Source: an uncultured Acidobacteriota bacterium
Lineage (GTDB): Bacteria; Acidobacteriota; Thermoanaerobaculia; UBA5066; Gp7-AA6
Direction: 5' to 3'
Assembly: GCA_963764715.1 (NCBI GenBank)
Contig: CAVXTP010000006.1
Location: 320,001-384,000, forward strand
Length of the DNA stretch: 64,000 nt
The notes under the pieces were generated by a model that searched no databases, was not told the DNA's origin, and saw nothing but the letters and a program-made list of their open reading frames with translations. Numbering within the stretch: the stretch's first letter is position 1; the number at the start of each line of letters is the position of its first letter. Shown here in pieces: positions 31,047 through 40,867 of this stretch. The translations under genes were made by a program, and so were the position numbers.

Positions 31047-33625
31047 CTGGTGGTCTCTGCGAGCCAGGCCGCGACCTGGCGGCCCACCTCGTCCCCGTGC
31101 GCGAGGAGGAACCCCTCGTGGTCGCCCGGCACCACCGCCTGCCGCCCGGCCGGCGCGAGCCGGCGCCATGCCGCGCCGTGCCCCTGGCGGCGGAAATCCT
31201 CCGACTCGAGAACGTGCAGCGTTCCGTCGAACGGGGCCGGCCGGAAGGCGAGCAACGCTTCGAGGTACGAGGCGCGGCGGCCGCGGGCCTCCTGCTCGCG
31301 CGCCGTGACCGCACGGGCGAGGCCGCCTGCGCCGGTCCGCGCGGCCCGCCGAAGGTAGGCCCACCGGCCCCGCGGAAGCCTGCGTGCGGCAGCGACGTGG
31401 TCGCGCAGCCTCCCGCGGAAGTAGAGAAAACGCTCCCAGATCCGGTCGATCCGCGGAGCGTGCGACCGGACGAGCGTCCGCATGCGCCGGCCCGCCCGCG
31501 GGAATGGCGTGTCGAGCAGGATCAGCGTCACGCGCTCTCCGGCTCCCCGGAGGCGGCGCGCAACGGCGAAGGCGAGGATCCCGCCCATGCAGTCGCCCAC
31601 GAGGACGTAGGGGCCGCGCGGCGCGACGCGTCGGACCTCCTGCTCGCCGAGGCCCGCCAGCTCTTCGAGGGGTGGATGGGGCGGAGGACCCGACCGCAGG
31701 CAGAAAAAGGGCGCCTCGCCCCCCGCGATGCGGGAAAGCCGGCGCGCGGCAAAGAGATCCTCTCCGTCGCCGCTTCCGCCCGGGACGACGAAGACGGGGC
31801 GGCCCTGCCCTTCCCGCAGCGAGAGGAGCCGTCCGGGGGCGGGACCGCCGCCCGCGCGAGCCGCGAGGCCGGCCGGCGTCGGGCTCTCGAGCAGGTCCGC
31901 GGCCGAGAGCTCCGACCCCAGGACGCCGTCGAGCGAAGCGAGAAGCTCGACCGCGGAGAGGGAATCGCCGCCGAGCTCGAAGAAATCGTCGTCGGCTCCG
32001 ACGCGCGCGAGCCCCAGGACGAGCGCGAAGGCGCGCGCGACGGCGGCCTCGGGTCCGCTCGCGGGCTCGCGAAACGGCGTCTCGAGGCCGGGTCGCGAGT
32101 CGTCGGGCTCCGGAAGCGCCCGGCGATCGACCTTCCCGGACGGCGTGCGCGGCAGTGCGTCGAGGAAGACGAAGAACGAAGGGAGCATCGAGCCGGGCAC
32201 GCGGCGGGAGAGCTCGCGCCGCAGCTCGGCCGGCCCGGGGGCGCCTGGCCTCTCCCGCACGACCCAGGCGGCCAGGCGCGTCCCTTCCCCTTCGGTCCGG
32301 GCCCGGCCCTCGACGGCCGCCTCCCGCACGCCCGGCACCGACAGGAGGGCCGTCTCGACCTCCGACGTCTCGACCCGGTGGCCGCGGACCTTCACGCGGG
32401 CGTCCCGGCGGCCGCGATGCAGGAGAAGCCCGTCGGGCAGCATCCGGCCGAGATCGCCCGTCCGAAACAGGCGCGCGTCGGGACGGCCCGGAACCGGGAG
32501 GAACGTTTCCGCCGTCAGCCCGGGGTCCTTCCAGTACCCGACGGGCAGCGTCGTCGCGATCACGCCGATCTCGCCCTCGTCGGACGCCTTTCCGTCGTCG
32601 TCGAGCAGGACGACGTCGGTCTGCTCGACGGCGTATCCGAGCGGCGATCCCCCCGGCCACGGCGTGTCGTGGCGGGCGGACCACTGCCGGATCACGCTCA
32701 TCTCGGTCGCGCCGAGGCCGACGTGAAACACGCACGTTCGCGGAAACCGGTTGCGGAAGAGAGCGAAGTCCGAGGCGAGCACCGGCTCGCCCCCGAGCTT
32801 CACGACCCGCAGCTTCGAGAGGTCCTCGCGGCCGCCCAGGGTCGAGGCGAAGGTGCGAAAGACGCTCGGCACCGAGTGGTAGATCGTGACGCCCTCGCGC
32901 TCGAGGAACTCCGGCAGGCGCCGCAGACCGTCGCCGGAGAGGTCGTGAGGACAGACCGAGGCGCCGTTCAGGAGCGCGCCGAAGATCGCGGACACGGAGG
33001 CCCCGAAGCTCGGAGACGTCAGGAGCGACATCCGGTCCTCCGGACCGATCTCGAGCCCCGCCGTCAGCTTCCGCGTGTTGTGGAGGAGGTTGCGGTGGCT
33101 GTGCATCACGCCCTTCGGCCGTCCCGTCGAGCCCGAGGTGAAGAGCACGTAGGCCAGATCGCCCGGCGAGGCCGCCGGCCGGCCGGCGGCCGCCGGAGGT
33201 CGGGACATCAGCTCTTCCAGGCCGAGCACGGGCACGGCCGCGGGAGCGAGCCGCGTGGCGCGGGCGAGCGAGAACGCATCGGTCACGATCGCGGCGGCAT
33301 CGAGGTCCGCCAGGATCGCCTCGAGGCGCGCGTCGGGCAGACGCGGATCGAGGGGCACGTAGAAGCGACCGGCGCGAAGCGTCCCGAGCATCGCGGCGAA
33401 GAGCGGAGCCCCGGTCTCCGCGAAGAGCCCCACGGGCCCCGGCGCCCCGCCGAGGCGGGCGACGAGCCCCGACGCGACGGACCCGGCGGCGCGGTCGAGC
33501 TCGCGGTAGCTCGTGACCCGCCCGCGCTCCCGCACGGCCGGGCGGTCCCCATGCGCGTTCGCGACCCGCCGGAAGCGCTCGTCGACCGAGCCCTCGACCT
33601 CAGCTCTCGGAAAGCTCGGAGCCAT
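31043..33625 (-). CDS. NRPS-like A-T-TE enzyme
   Basis: YVLFTSGSTGRPKGV, FRTGDLG, VKVRGHRVE, PSGKVDR; carrier FFELGGDSL; TE GDCMGG and GDH. Confidence 0.9.
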   Translation of the reverse strand: MAPSFPRAEVEGSVDERFRRVANAHGDRPAVRERGRVTSYRELDRAAGSVASGLVARLGGAPGPVGLFAETGAPLFAAMLGTLRAGRFYVPLDPRLPDARLEAILADLDAAAIVTDAFSLARATRLAPAAVPVLGLEELMSRPPAAAGRPAASPGDLAYVLFTSGSTGRPKGVMHSHRNLLHNTRKLTAGLEIGPEDRMSLLTSPSFGASVSAIFGALLNGASVCPHDLSGDGLRRLPEFLEREGVTIYHSVPSVFRTFASTLGGREDLSKLRVVKLGGEPVLASDFALFRNRFPRTCVFHVGLGATEMSVIRQWSARHDTPWPGGSPLGYAVEQTDVVLLDDDGKASDEGEIGVIATTLPVGYWKDPGLTAETFLPVPGRPDARLFRTGDLGRMLPDGLLLHRGRRDARVKVRGHRVETSEVETALLSVPGVREAAVEGRARTEGEGTRLAAWVVRERPGAPGPAELRRELSRRVPGSMLPSFFVFLDALPRTPSGKVDRRALPEPDDSRPGLETPFREPASGPEAAVARAFALVLGLARVGADDDFFELGGDSLSAVELLASLDGVLGSELSAADLLESPTPAGLAARAGGGPAPGRLLSLREGQGRPVFVVPGGSGDGEDLFAARRLSRIAGGEAPFFCLRSGPPPHPPLEELAGLGEQEVRRVAPRGPYVLVGDCMGGILAFAVARRLRGAGERVTLILLDTPFPRAGRRMRTLVRSHAPRIDRIWERFLYFRGRLRDHVAAARRLPRGRWAYLRRAARTGAGGLARAVTAREQEARGRRASYLEALLAFRPAPFDGTLHVLESEDFRRQGHGAAWRRLAPAGRQAVVPGDHEGFLLAHGDEVGRQVAAWLAETTS

Positions 33626-35483
33626 AGATCGCCTGGAGCCGCGAATAGAACTCGACGTCGCCGCCGCCGTGCTCCGGCGGCCCGAGGCCCGAGGCCTTCC
33701 AGCCGCCGAACGGGGCCAGCGCGTCGGCATCGGCCGTGGAGACGTTCCACTTGAGAATCCCGGCCTCGGCCTCGGCCAGGAACCGCTCCCGCCACGGGCC
33801 CGGCCCCGCGAAGAGCGCCGCGGCGAGCCCCTGGCGGACTCCGTTCGCGAGGCGAAGGGCCTCGTCGAAGGCGCCCGCGCGCTCGAGGACGAGCACGGGG
33901 CCGAACGTTTCCTCCTGCACGATCCCGGCCTCGTGCGCGGACACGAGGACGAGCGTCGGCGGAAACCAGGCGCCGGGGCCCCGCGGCGCCGATGCGTGCG
34001 GCGCGATGAGGCGGGAGCCGGCCGCGGCCGATCGATCGACCGCCGCGGCGACGCGCTCGCGCGCCTCCTCGGAGACGAGCGGACCGACCTGCGTCGCCGG
34101 ATCGAGCGGGTCGCCCCAGGCGAGGGCCGAGGTCGAACGGACGAGGTGCTCGAGAAACGGCTCGAAGAGCTCCGCGGCGACGATCGCCCGCCGGTTGGCC
34201 GTGCAGCGCTGCCCGGCGAACGCGAAGGCGCCGTGCGCGACGAGGGCCGCGGCGCGCGGCAGGTCCGCGCCCTCCCACACGATCGCCGCGTTGTTGCCGC
34301 CGAGCTCGGCCTGGAGGGGAATCTGCCGCCGGGAGCAGATCTCCTGCGCCGCCCAACCCGCGGCGGGCGATCCCGTCAGCGAAACGGCATCGACCTCGGG
34401 ATCGCTCATCACCGCGGCCGCCGCGCGGTGATCGCCCTCGACGAGCGTCACGACGCCCTCCGGAAGCCCCGACGCGCGCGCCGCCTCGAGCGTGCGCCCG
34501 GCGGCCGCGGCCGCGAGCGGCGACGGCTTCCAGACGACCGTGTTGCCGAGAGCGAGCGCCGGTCCGATCTTTCCCCACGGGATCGCGATCGGGTTGTTCC
34601 ACGGCGTGACGACGCCGACGACGCCGAGCGGAGCGCGCCGGGACGCCGACGACTCCCCCGCCTTCGCAAGCCCCCCGAGCGAAAGTCCCGCGGCGGCGCG
34701 GAGAAGCTCCGCGGCGCGCCGGACCTCGGCCTCGCCCTGCGTCACCGGCTTGCCGATCTCGGCGGCGATCCGCCGGGCCTCGGCCGGCGCGTCGGCCGCG
34801 AGGCGATCGGCCAGGGCGAGGAGCGGGCGCGCGCGTTCGGGCGCCGGCATCGATCGCCAGCTCTCCAGGGCCCGCCGCGCCGACGCCGACGCTCCGGCCG
34901 CAGGGCGCGAAAAGTCGGAAGCCGGAGCGGCCGATCCGGAGTCGAGCCAGTGCAGGAGCTCCCGGACGGATGCAAACCGCGCCGCGCGGCCCTCGAGATA
35001 CCGGCGGGTCACGGCGGCGTGCAGCGGATCGTCGCTTCCGACGGCGTCCTCCGCCACCCAGACCGTCCGGCCCGCCGCGTAGGCGTCGAGCACCGTCGCG
35101 CGGATGCAGCCGTGCAGATGCACGCCGGCGACGATGAGCGTGTCGGCTCCGGAGAGCGCGGCCGCGAGATCGGGAGACGAGAAGGCGGAGAAGAACGTCT
35201 TCGAGACGACGGCCTCGCCGGCCCTCGGCCCGAGCTCCGGCGGAGAAGCGTGCCCCGGCGTTCCGCGAACGCACCGCCAGCGGCCGGGCGCCTTCCAGTG
35301 CGGCATCCGGTCGTCCCGTTCCCGGTCGACCGAAGTCACGGCGTGCACGACCGGAACGCCGCGCTCGCGCGCGGCGGCGAGCAGGCGCGCCGCCTGGCGG
35401 ACGACCTCGCCCGCCGGAGGCTCGAGTCCCGGCGCGCCCAGGAAGTCGTTTTGGAAGTCGACGAAGAGAAGGAGCGGTCTCAT
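33600..35483 (-). CDS. Isochorismatase-like cysteine hydrolase fused to aldehyde dehydrogenase
   Basis: VDFQNDF, SKTFFSAF, HGCIRAT triad; PWNNP, KPS, ELGGN, GQRC, EETFGP, PFGG in one frame; ATGA overlap. Confidence 0.85.
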   Translation of the reverse strand: MRPLLLFVDFQNDFLGAPGLEPPAGEVVRQAARLLAAARERGVPVVHAVTSVDRERDDRMPHWKAPGRWRCVRGTPGHASPPELGPRAGEAVVSKTFFSAFSSPDLAAALSGADTLIVAGVHLHGCIRATVLDAYAAGRTVWVAEDAVGSDDPLHAAVTRRYLEGRAARFASVRELLHWLDSGSAAPASDFSRPAAGASASARRALESWRSMPAPERARPLLALADRLAADAPAEARRIAAEIGKPVTQGEAEVRRAAELLRAAAGLSLGGLAKAGESSASRRAPLGVVGVVTPWNNPIAIPWGKIGPALALGNTVVWKPSPLAAAAAGRTLEAARASGLPEGVVTLVEGDHRAAAAVMSDPEVDAVSLTGSPAAGWAAQEICSRRQIPLQAELGGNNAAIVWEGADLPRAAALVAHGAFAFAGQRCTANRRAIVAAELFEPFLEHLVRSTSALAWGDPLDPATQVGPLVSEEARERVAAAVDRSAAAGSRLIAPHASAPRGPGAWFPPTLVLVSAHEAGIVQEETFGPVLVLERAGAFDEALRLANGVRQGLAAALFAGPGPWRERFLAEAEAGILKWNVSTADADALAPFGGWKASGLGPPEHGGGDVEFYSRLQAIYGSELSES

Positions 35484-36625
35484 CCCGCCGGGTGCGCCCG
35501 GCGCTCGACTTCCCCGGCGATCCGCCGGCCGAGCTCGGCGGTGCCGACGACCGTGGCGCCCGGCTCCGCGATGTCGAACGTCCGGAATCCGTGACGCAGA
35601 ACGTCCTCGACCGCCGCCTCGATCCAGGCGGCCTCGCGCGCGAGGCCGAAGCTCTCCCGCAGCATCATCGCCGCCGACGCGATCTGGCCGATCGGATTGG
35701 CGCGCCCCTGCCCCGCGAGGTCCAGGGCCGAGCCATGGTTGGTCTGGTAGACCGCCGCGCCGGCGCTCGAAAAGTTGCCCGAGAAGGACATCCCCCGCGA
35801 CGCGAGGAGAACCGCGCCGACGTCCGCCAGCACGTCGCCGAAGAGATTCGAGGCGGCGATCACGTCGAAGGAGAGAGGTTCCTGGACCAGACGGTAGGCG
35901 GCGAGATCGATGTCGACGAACGAGGCCTCGACGCCGGCGCGCGCGGCCGCTTCCCGGCCGAGGTCGCGCCACAGCGCGCTGACCGCGGGAATGCCGCCCT
36001 CCTTGACGACGACGGCGAGGCGTCCCTTCCGCCCGGCCGCCAGCGCGCCCGCGACGTCGAGGAGGCGCCGGACCTGGGTCTCCGTGTAGCGGAACGCGTG
36101 CCCGGCGACGCGGCCGTCCCGCGGGTCGACCGTCTCGCCCCACTCTCCCTGGTAGACGCCGCCGGAGTTCTCGCGGACGATGAGGACGTCGGCGCCGGCC
36201 ACGCACGCGGCCTTGAGGCGCCCGGCCTCGCACAGCGCGCCGACCGGCTTCAGCGGCGAGAGCTTGCAGAAGAGGTCGAACCGACGGCGCAGGTCGTAGA
36301 CGAAGCGGCCGCCCCCCGGTCCGCAGAGGACGGCGCCGCCCTCGCCGAAGATGCCCTCGCAGAACGCGCTGACGTCGTCGGTCAGGCTGCGGCCGGTCAT
36401 GAGCTCCGCTTCCCGGCCGATGGCTCCGCCCGTCCGGAAATCGATGTCCGTCCCGCCGGCCGACAGCGCCGCGCGGACCACCTCGAGCGCGGCGCCGACG
36501 ACCTCGGGGCCGATGCCCTCGCCGGGAAGGATCCCCGCGACGAGCCGGCCCGCCCGGGCGGCTCGACCACCAACGGCATCGCTCCAGCGGCGCGCGCTCC
36601 GGACCTCCCTCGAGTCGACCGACAA
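35480..36625 (-). CDS. Isopropylmalate/isocitrate dehydrogenase-family enzyme (divergent)
   Basis: GEGIGPEV, IVREN, NLFGDVLAD, HGSALDLAGQGRANP. Confidence 0.85.
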   Translation of the reverse strand: MSVDSREVRSARRWSDAVGGRAARAGRLVAGILPGEGIGPEVVGAALEVVRAALSAGGTDIDFRTGGAIGREAELMTGRSLTDDVSAFCEGIFGEGGAVLCGPGGGRFVYDLRRRFDLFCKLSPLKPVGALCEAGRLKAACVAGADVLIVRENSGGVYQGEWGETVDPRDGRVAGHAFRYTETQVRRLLDVAGALAAGRKGRLAVVVKEGGIPAVSALWRDLGREAAARAGVEASFVDIDLAAYRLVQEPLSFDVIAASNLFGDVLADVGAVLLASRGMSFSGNFSSAGAAVYQTNHGSALDLAGQGRANPIGQIASAAMMLRESFGLAREAAWIEAAVEDVLRHGFRTFDIAEPGATVVGTAELGRRIAGEVERRAHPAG

Positions 36626-36768
36626 GTTGCCCCCTTTTTTTGGGGCAAGAGTCTATCTCCGTCTGCGCCGGGCACCGGATGCGAGCATCGACCGCGCCGA
36701 AAGCCCGGCGGCCGGCTCGAACCGTCGGACCCCGCCTCCAGGCCGGGCGGCCGGAGGGAGAATTCGCG

Positions 36769-37222
36769 CTAGATCGCGCGGGCGAGCCGGGCCGTCGTCG
36801 TGATCTTCTTGACGGCCCCGCACTTGCAGGCCCGCGCGAAGGTCTCGCCGACGCTCGCCCCGACGTCCGCGCGGTTGGCCGCCGCGCACTTCTCGCAGGT
36901 CCACTCGATCGGCTGGATCTGCGACCCGACGAACGAATGCCAGAACCGCAGGCAGGTCGCCAGGCCCGACCACCCTTCGTAGACCGTGACGCGGCCGTTG
37001 TCCTGGCCGAGGGCCTTCCGGATGGCCGCGACCTCGTTGGCGTTGTGCAGGTCGTAGTGGGCGAGGCGCCCGCGCAGGGCGACGTCCGTCAGCAGGCCGA
37101 TCTTGCGCGGCGCCGACGACGCCGTCGGTCGTGTCGATCGAGGCGAGCACGAGACCGACCGCGCCCTCGACCCGCGGAAGGCGGCGGAACTCGATCGCGA
37201 AGATCTGCTGGGTCTTGATCAT
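36769..37222 (-). CDS. Small hypothetical protein with Zn-ribbon-like Cys motifs (frameshifted)
   Basis: MIKTQQIFAIEF.. joined to ..WTCEKC..ACKCG..LAR-stop in another frame. Confidence 0.5.
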
Positions 37223-37726
37223 GGGCTTCCGGTCCGTCGGACGGGCCCAGAAAGGCCTGCGCGAAATCCCGGGTCGCCGCCTGGAGGCTCAGGGCGGCGA
37301 GCTGCCGCTGCGCGCCGGCGGCGGGCGTCGCCGATGCGGCGTTGAGCTCGACCGCGAGGTCCTCGAGCCAGAGGACGACGAGCTCGGCGAGCTCGGTCTG
37401 AAAGGCCGAGCGGTCCTGGCGCACGCCGCGGCGCGGACCCAGGATCCACTCGAGATGCGCCTCGCCCTCGGCGGGCGAAACGAGCGCGCGGGCCTCGCCG
37501 TAGCGCGCCCTCAGCCGCGCCACGATCCGTTCGTGCGTCCCCCGCCGGGACGGCGGCGAGAACCTGTTTTTCCGGTGAATCGATGACGGGCCTCCCAATC
37601 TCTCAGAGAGCCGAAAGAACCGGCGACGGGATCCCGGAGCCGGAGAGGCTGGCCGTCGGAGGGAATCGGACACGAGCAGGGTACCACGCGCCCCGGAAGG
37701 GATACGGCCGGGTACCATGACGCGCC

Positions 37727-38944
37727 ATGGACGTCGGATTCGCGCGGCCGGAGTTCAAGCGGGATCCGTATCCCGCCTACCGGCGGCTGCGCGACGAGTC
37801 TCCGGTCGCGAGCGTCACTCTCCCCGACCGGAGGAAGGCCTGGCTCGTCACCCGATACGCCGACGTCGCGGCGGTCCTCAAGGACGAGCGATTCGTGAAG
37901 GACGCGTCCCGCGCCTCGACCGGCAAGGCGCCCTGGACCCCCTCCTTCTTCCGGCCGCTGACGCGCAACATGCTCGATCTCGACGCGCCGGACCACACGC
38001 GCCTGCGCGGGCTCGTTCACAAGGCATTCACGCCGCGCCTCGTCGAGCAGATGGCCGGGCGCATCCTCGCCCTGACGGACGGCCTTCTCGACGCCGTGGC
38101 CCGCCGCGGACGCATGGACCTGATCCGAGACTACGCGCTGCCGATCCCGGCCACGATCATCGCCGAGATGCTGGGCGTCCCGGCGGAGGACCGGCACCGA
38201 TTCCAGCGCTGGTCGAATGCCATGGTCTCCGCGTCGCCCTCGGGCTGGGGCATGCTCCGGGCGATCCCGGGCGCCGTCGGTTTCATGCGCTACATTCGCC
38301 GGCTCGTCCGCTCGCGCCGGAAGCTCGCCGGCGACGATCTGGTCAGCGCGCTCGTGCGGGCGGAAGAGGCCGGCCAGACGCTCGACGAGGACGAGCTGCT
38401 CGCGATGATCTTCCTCCTCCTCGTCGCCGGCTTCGAGACCACGGTGAACCTGATCGGCAACGGGACGCTCGCCCTGCTCGAGCACCCGGGGCAGATGCGG
38501 AGGCTCCGCGAGGACCCGTCCCTCCTCCCGCGCGCCGTCGAGGAGCTCCTTCGGTACGACGGGCCCCTCGAGACCGCCACCGAGCGTTACGCGATCGAAG
38601 ACGTGACGATCGGCGGCGCCACCATCCCCCGCGGGGCGCTCGTCTACGCCGTCCTCGCCTCGGCCGACCGCGACGAGCGTCAGTTTCCGGATCCGGACGC
38701 CCTCGACCTGACCCGCGAGCCGAACCGGCACCTGGCGTTCGGCCTCGGAGTCCACTACTGCCTCGGGGCTCCGCTCGCCCGCCTCGAAGGTCAGATCGCC
38801 TTCGGGGCCCTGCTGCGGCGCATCCCCGATCTGCGCCTCGCCGTCCCGCGGGCGTCGCTGCGCTGGCGCCCGGGCCTCGTTCTCCGGGGGCTCGCGTCCC
38901 TCCCGGTCGAGTTCGGCGCGACGGCCGGCGCCCGCATCGGGTAG
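37727..38944 (+). CDS. Cytochrome P450
   Basis: AGFETT, EELLR, HLAFGLGVHYCLG. Confidence 0.95.
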   Translation: MDVGFARPEFKRDPYPAYRRLRDESPVASVTLPDRRKAWLVTRYADVAAVLKDERFVKDASRASTGKAPWTPSFFRPLTRNMLDLDAPDHTRLRGLVHKAFTPRLVEQMAGRILALTDGLLDAVARRGRMDLIRDYALPIPATIIAEMLGVPAEDRHRFQRWSNAMVSASPSGWGMLRAIPGAVGFMRYIRRLVRSRRKLAGDDLVSALVRAEEAGQTLDEDELLAMIFLLLVAGFETTVNLIGNGTLALLEHPGQMRRLREDPSLLPRAVEELLRYDGPLETATERYAIEDVTIGGATIPRGALVYAVLASADRDERQFPDPDALDLTREPNRHLAFGLGVHYCLGAPLARLEGQIAFGALLRRIPDLRLAVPRASLRWRPGLVLRGLASLPVEFGATAGARIG

Positions 38945-38984
38945 CTTACGTAGCGCCGGCGCGGAGCCGGCGGGAGAGACCGCG

Positions 38985-40361
38985 ATGAGCACACGCTTCG
39001 ATGCCATCGTCATCGGGACCGGCCAGGCCGGGCCGTCGCTCGCGGCGCGCCTCTCGGCGGCCGGCATGAAAGTCGCGATCGTCGAGCGCGGAGCGTTCGG
39101 CGGCACCTGCGTCAACACGGGATGCATCCCGACGAAGACCCTCGTCGCGAGCGCCGCCGCGGCGCAGGCGGTGCGCCGGGCGCCCGAGTTCGGCGTCTCC
39201 GCCGGCGGCCCCCTGACCGTCGACATGAAGGCCGTCAAGTCCCGCAAGGACGCGATCTCGGGAGACTCGCGGAAGGGCGTCGAATCGATGCTCCGCGGGC
39301 TGCCGGACGCCGCGGTCTTCAACGGCCACGCCCGCTTCGAGTCGCCGCGGGAGGTGCGCGTCGGGTCCGAGGTCCTCTCCTCCGAGCGCATCTTCGTCAA
39401 CGTCGGCGGTCGGGCCTCCACCCCGCCCATGCCCGGAATCGCCGACGTTCCGTTCTGGACGAACTCGTCCATCATGGGGGTCGACTTCGTCCCCCCGCAC
39501 CTCGTCATCGTCGGGGGCAGCTACGTCGGGCTCGAGTTCGCCCAGATGTACCGGCGCTTCGGGTCGCAGGTCACTGTCGTCGAGATGTCGCCCCGTCTCA
39601 TCGCCCGGGAGGACGAGGACACGTCGGCGGCGATCCGCGAGATCCTCGAGCGCGAGGGGATCGCGGTGCGCACCGGAGCCGAGTGCATCGCCCTCGAGAA
39701 ATCGGCGTCGGGCGTGCGGATCAAGGTCGAGTGCCAGGAGGGCTCCCCCGCCGTCGACGGAACGCACCTCCTGCTCGCCGTCGGCCGCCGGCCCAACACG
39801 GACGACCTCGGCCTCGAGAAGGCCGGCGTGGCCGTCGACGCCCGCGGCTACATCACCGTCGACGAGGAGCTCCGGACCTCCGTCCCCGGCATCTGGGCGG
39901 TCGGCGACTGCAACGGCCGTGGGGCCTTCACGCACACGGCGTACAACGACTTCGAGATCGTCGCGGCGAATCTCCTCGACGGCGATCCACGGAAGGTCTC
40001 CGACCGGATCGAGGCCTATGCCCTCTACGTCGATCCGCCGCTCGGCCGGGCCGGCCTGACCGAGGCGGCCGCCCGCAGGACCGGGCGGAAGATCCTCGTC
40101 GGCAAGCGCCCGATGGAGAGGATCAAGCGCGCCGTCGAGAAGGGCGAGACGCAGGGCTTCATCAAGATCGTCGTCGACGCCGACTCGAAGCAGATCCTCG
40201 GGGCCGCGATCCTCGGCGTCGGCGGCGACGAGATCATCCACACCCTGCTCGACGTGATGTACGCGCGCGCGCCCTACACCGTCATCCAGCGGGCCATGCA
40301 CATCCACCCGACGGTGTCGGAGTACCTGCCGACGGTCCTCGGAGACCTGCGCGAGGCCTGA
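38985..40361 (+). CDS. FAD-dependent pyridine nucleotide-disulfide oxidoreductase (MerA-like family, no C-terminal Cys pair)
   Basis: GTGQAG, GGTCVNTGCIPTK, HIHPTVSE. Confidence 0.9.
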   Translation: MSTRFDAIVIGTGQAGPSLAARLSAAGMKVAIVERGAFGGTCVNTGCIPTKTLVASAAAAQAVRRAPEFGVSAGGPLTVDMKAVKSRKDAISGDSRKGVESMLRGLPDAAVFNGHARFESPREVRVGSEVLSSERIFVNVGGRASTPPMPGIADVPFWTNSSIMGVDFVPPHLVIVGGSYVGLEFAQMYRRFGSQVTVVEMSPRLIAREDEDTSAAIREILEREGIAVRTGAECIALEKSASGVRIKVECQEGSPAVDGTHLLLAVGRRPNTDDLGLEKAGVAVDARGYITVDEELRTSVPGIWAVGDCNGRGAFTHTAYNDFEIVAANLLDGDPRKVSDRIEAYALYVDPPLGRAGLTEAAARRTGRKILVGKRPMERIKRAVEKGETQGFIKIVVDADSKQILGAAILGVGGDEIIHTLLDVMYARAPYTVIQRAMHIHPTVSEYLPTVLGDLREA

Positions 40362-40376
40362 AGGGGCGGCCGGCGG

Positions 40377-40844
40377 TCAGCGCGGCCGGCTGACGACCCA
40401 GAACGCCAGCGCGATGGCGATCGCGTCTTCGAGGAGCGCGATCGGCAAGCCCTTGCCCCCGGCGGCCCGGGTGAGGCGCGCCCGGAACTCGTAGCCGCCC
40501 AGCGTCCCAACGACCGCCCCGAGGGCGCCGGCGACCAGTCCCGGGACGATCCCGTGCCCCGCCGCGGTGACGGCCGCCCCGCACAGCGCGCCCATGACGA
40601 TGCGGGCGATGAACGGCGCAGGCGCCTTGCGGCTGCCGGTCTTCGGCAGCTTGTCGCTGACGAGCTCGCCGAGCGCGGCGACGGTGAAGATCCAGGGCGT
40701 CACCGCCGCGCCGAGGAACGCGAGCGGCGTGCCCTGGAGGTTCAGCCAGCCGAGCCGAGCCGCCCAGCTCACGGCGGCCGGGGCGGTCATCGCGCGCAGC
40801 CCCGCCACGAGCCCGATCAGAAACGCCAGGACGTAGACCGGCAT
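40377..40844 (-). CDS. DUF4126-like membrane protein
   Basis: GLRAMTAPA, GELVSDKLP, ALLEDAIA. Confidence 0.75.
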   Translation of the reverse strand: MPVYVLAFLIGLVAGLRAMTAPAAVSWAARLGWLNLQGTPLAFLGAAVTPWIFTVAALGELVSDKLPKTGSRKAPAPFIARIVMGALCGAAVTAAGHGIVPGLVAGALGAVVGTLGGYEFRARLTRAAGGKGLPIALLEDAIAIALAFWVVSRPR

Positions 40845-40867
40845 GGTGTCCTCCGCTTCGGGCCGGG

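Noticed and set aside
37219-37600. Possible small minus-strand gene upstream of the Zn-ribbon ORF
   Set aside because: Looks coding, but start, stop and family cannot be fixed from the sequence
38985-40361. Mercuric reductase merA
   Set aside because: No C-terminal Cys-Cys pair, no N-terminal HMA domain and no mer operon context
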